From the NCBI GenBank assembly GCA_965246715.1, contig CBDFFH010000051.1:96001-160000 (forward strand): DNA of 64,000 nucleotides. The letters run 5' to 3'. Made by a program: the position numbers and the translations under genes. The notes below the pieces were generated by a model. It was given only the letters and a program-made list of their open reading frames with translations. It was not told the DNA's origin and searched no databases. The stretch comes from Chamaesiphon sp. Its GTDB lineage: Bacteria > Cyanobacteriota > Cyanobacteriia > Cyanobacteriales > Chamaesiphonaceae. This document shows, in pieces, positions 62,791-64,000 of this stretch; the first letter of the stretch is position 1, and each line of letters starts with the position of its first letter.

Positions 62791-63951
62791 ATGGCTAAAT
62801 GGGATGCAGGCAGGTTTTTAAATACCGTCAGCTATTTTGAGGCGATTCCGATCGTCAGCGATCTGCGCCGTTGGCTGACAGGTGGAGCGGGTAGTCAAGT
62901 TACCAATAATCATGGAGGGAGAGCTTTGGGCGTGGTATTGGTAGTTGGTGCGACGAGTGAAATTGGCGAATTAGTCGTCCAGCAATCAGTAAAAAGTGGC
63001 TATCGAGTTAGAGCCATACTTTCCGACCTAACCTTAATTCCATTTAGTGTACCCACAAATGTCGAGTTCGTACAGGCACAACTCGATCGGCCAGACACGC
63101 TTACCCCAGCGCTGATGCAGGGAGTTCGAGCGATTATCGTTTGTCCCGAGCCGCAGAGTGCCCGCTCTACATCAGCATTACAGAATTTAATTACGGCTGC
63201 GATCGCCCATTTATCTCCAGCGCATAACTTACAACTGTTTGATTTTACCCAACCCACTACCGATCTCCAAGCTACTTGGGGCGCTGTCGATGATGTGGTG
63301 ATGGGTGGAGTCAGTGAGAGCGGCATTCGGTTGATGTCTGGATATGCTGATTTTAGTGGCAATGTTTCGACCGATAATTCTGGGGGATTTGCGTCGGTAC
63401 GGACGCGTAATTTCGATCCTAGTCTCGATCTGAGTTACTATCGTGGCATCGAATTTCGAGTTAAGGGCGACGGACAAAGATACAAAATTTTCGTCCGCAC
63501 TGAGGCTAAATGGGATGGGATTGGCTATGCTCACTCGTTCGATACCGTCCCGGATGAATGGATGACTGTGCGAGTGCCCTTTCGCGATTTAGTCCCGATC
63601 TTTCGAGCCAAAACCGTTAAAGATGCCCAGCCGATCGATTTGAGTCAAATTTGTTCGATACAGTTGATGTTAAGTAAATTTGAATACGATAGTCAACTAA
63701 ATCCTCACTTCAAACCAGGCTTATTTTCACTTCAAATCGAATCAATTTCGGCCTATGACGGACAAATTACGCCGCAGTTAGTTTTAGTCGAGCCATCACA
63801 ACTCGATCCGGCTCTGACAGCTACACTCCAAGCTACTAAATTACCATACTCGATCGTCAAATCTGAGATCTTAGATCCGCAAATGGTCGCTTTGATTTGT
63901 GTAAAATCGCTGACTCAACCAGAAACTGTCGGCCAAATTTTAGGGCGTTAG
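62791..63951 (+). CDS. CIA30 family protein with a degenerate NAD(P)-binding domain
   Basis: WGAVDDVVMGGVSES, NSGGFASVR, VKGDGQRYK, LMLSKFEYD. Confidence 0.88.
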   Translation: MAKWDAGRFLNTVSYFEAIPIVSDLRRWLTGGAGSQVTNNHGGRALGVVLVVGATSEIGELVVQQSVKSGYRVRAILSDLTLIPFSVPTNVEFVQAQLDRPDTLTPALMQGVRAIIVCPEPQSARSTSALQNLITAAIAHLSPAHNLQLFDFTQPTTDLQATWGAVDDVVMGGVSESGIRLMSGYADFSGNVSTDNSGGFASVRTRNFDPSLDLSYYRGIEFRVKGDGQRYKIFVRTEAKWDGIGYAHSFDTVPDEWMTVRVPFRDLVPIFRAKTVKDAQPIDLSQICSIQLMLSKFEYDSQLNPHFKPGLFSLQIESISAYDGQITPQLVLVEPSQLDPALTATLQATKLPYSIVKSEILDPQMVALICVKSLTQPETVGQILGR

Positions 63952-64000
63952 GCTGGGGTTCACCTGACATTGCAACATTCGGATCTAATCTACGTCCGAG

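Overview
Chromosomal window of a cyanobacterium (cpcB, cpcF, chlI, psb32, very dense HIP1 GCGATCGC and CGATCG sites; a Chamaesiphon-like origin is plausible but cannot be shown from sequence alone). It holds about 50 CDSs, mostly housekeeping (sepF, proC, ispD, egtD, ppx, mrdA, ychF, mazG, aspC, cinA, gmk, uppS, chlI, rimM), plus tRNA-Leu(TAG), one intact IS630 and two IS630 remnants. No CRISPR array, prophage, integrase or reverse transcriptase was seen. Highlights: (1) a receiver-domain/membrane-fusion-protein chimera heading a minimal pelF-pelG-like exopolysaccharide locus; (2) nested tiny mobile DNA: ~50-bp TGTCTTGTC...GCCGC hairpin cassettes inserted into GTAG-REP loops, and two MITE families with 4-bp and 10-bp target duplications that carry REP-like cargo; (3) an orphan cpcB with no cpcA, next to cpcF; (4) a duplicated gene 3' end that has gained CGATCG sites; (5) several genes with apparent in-frame domain deletions; (6) HetZ-related, NLR-like STAND-TPR and diiron-uppS loci.
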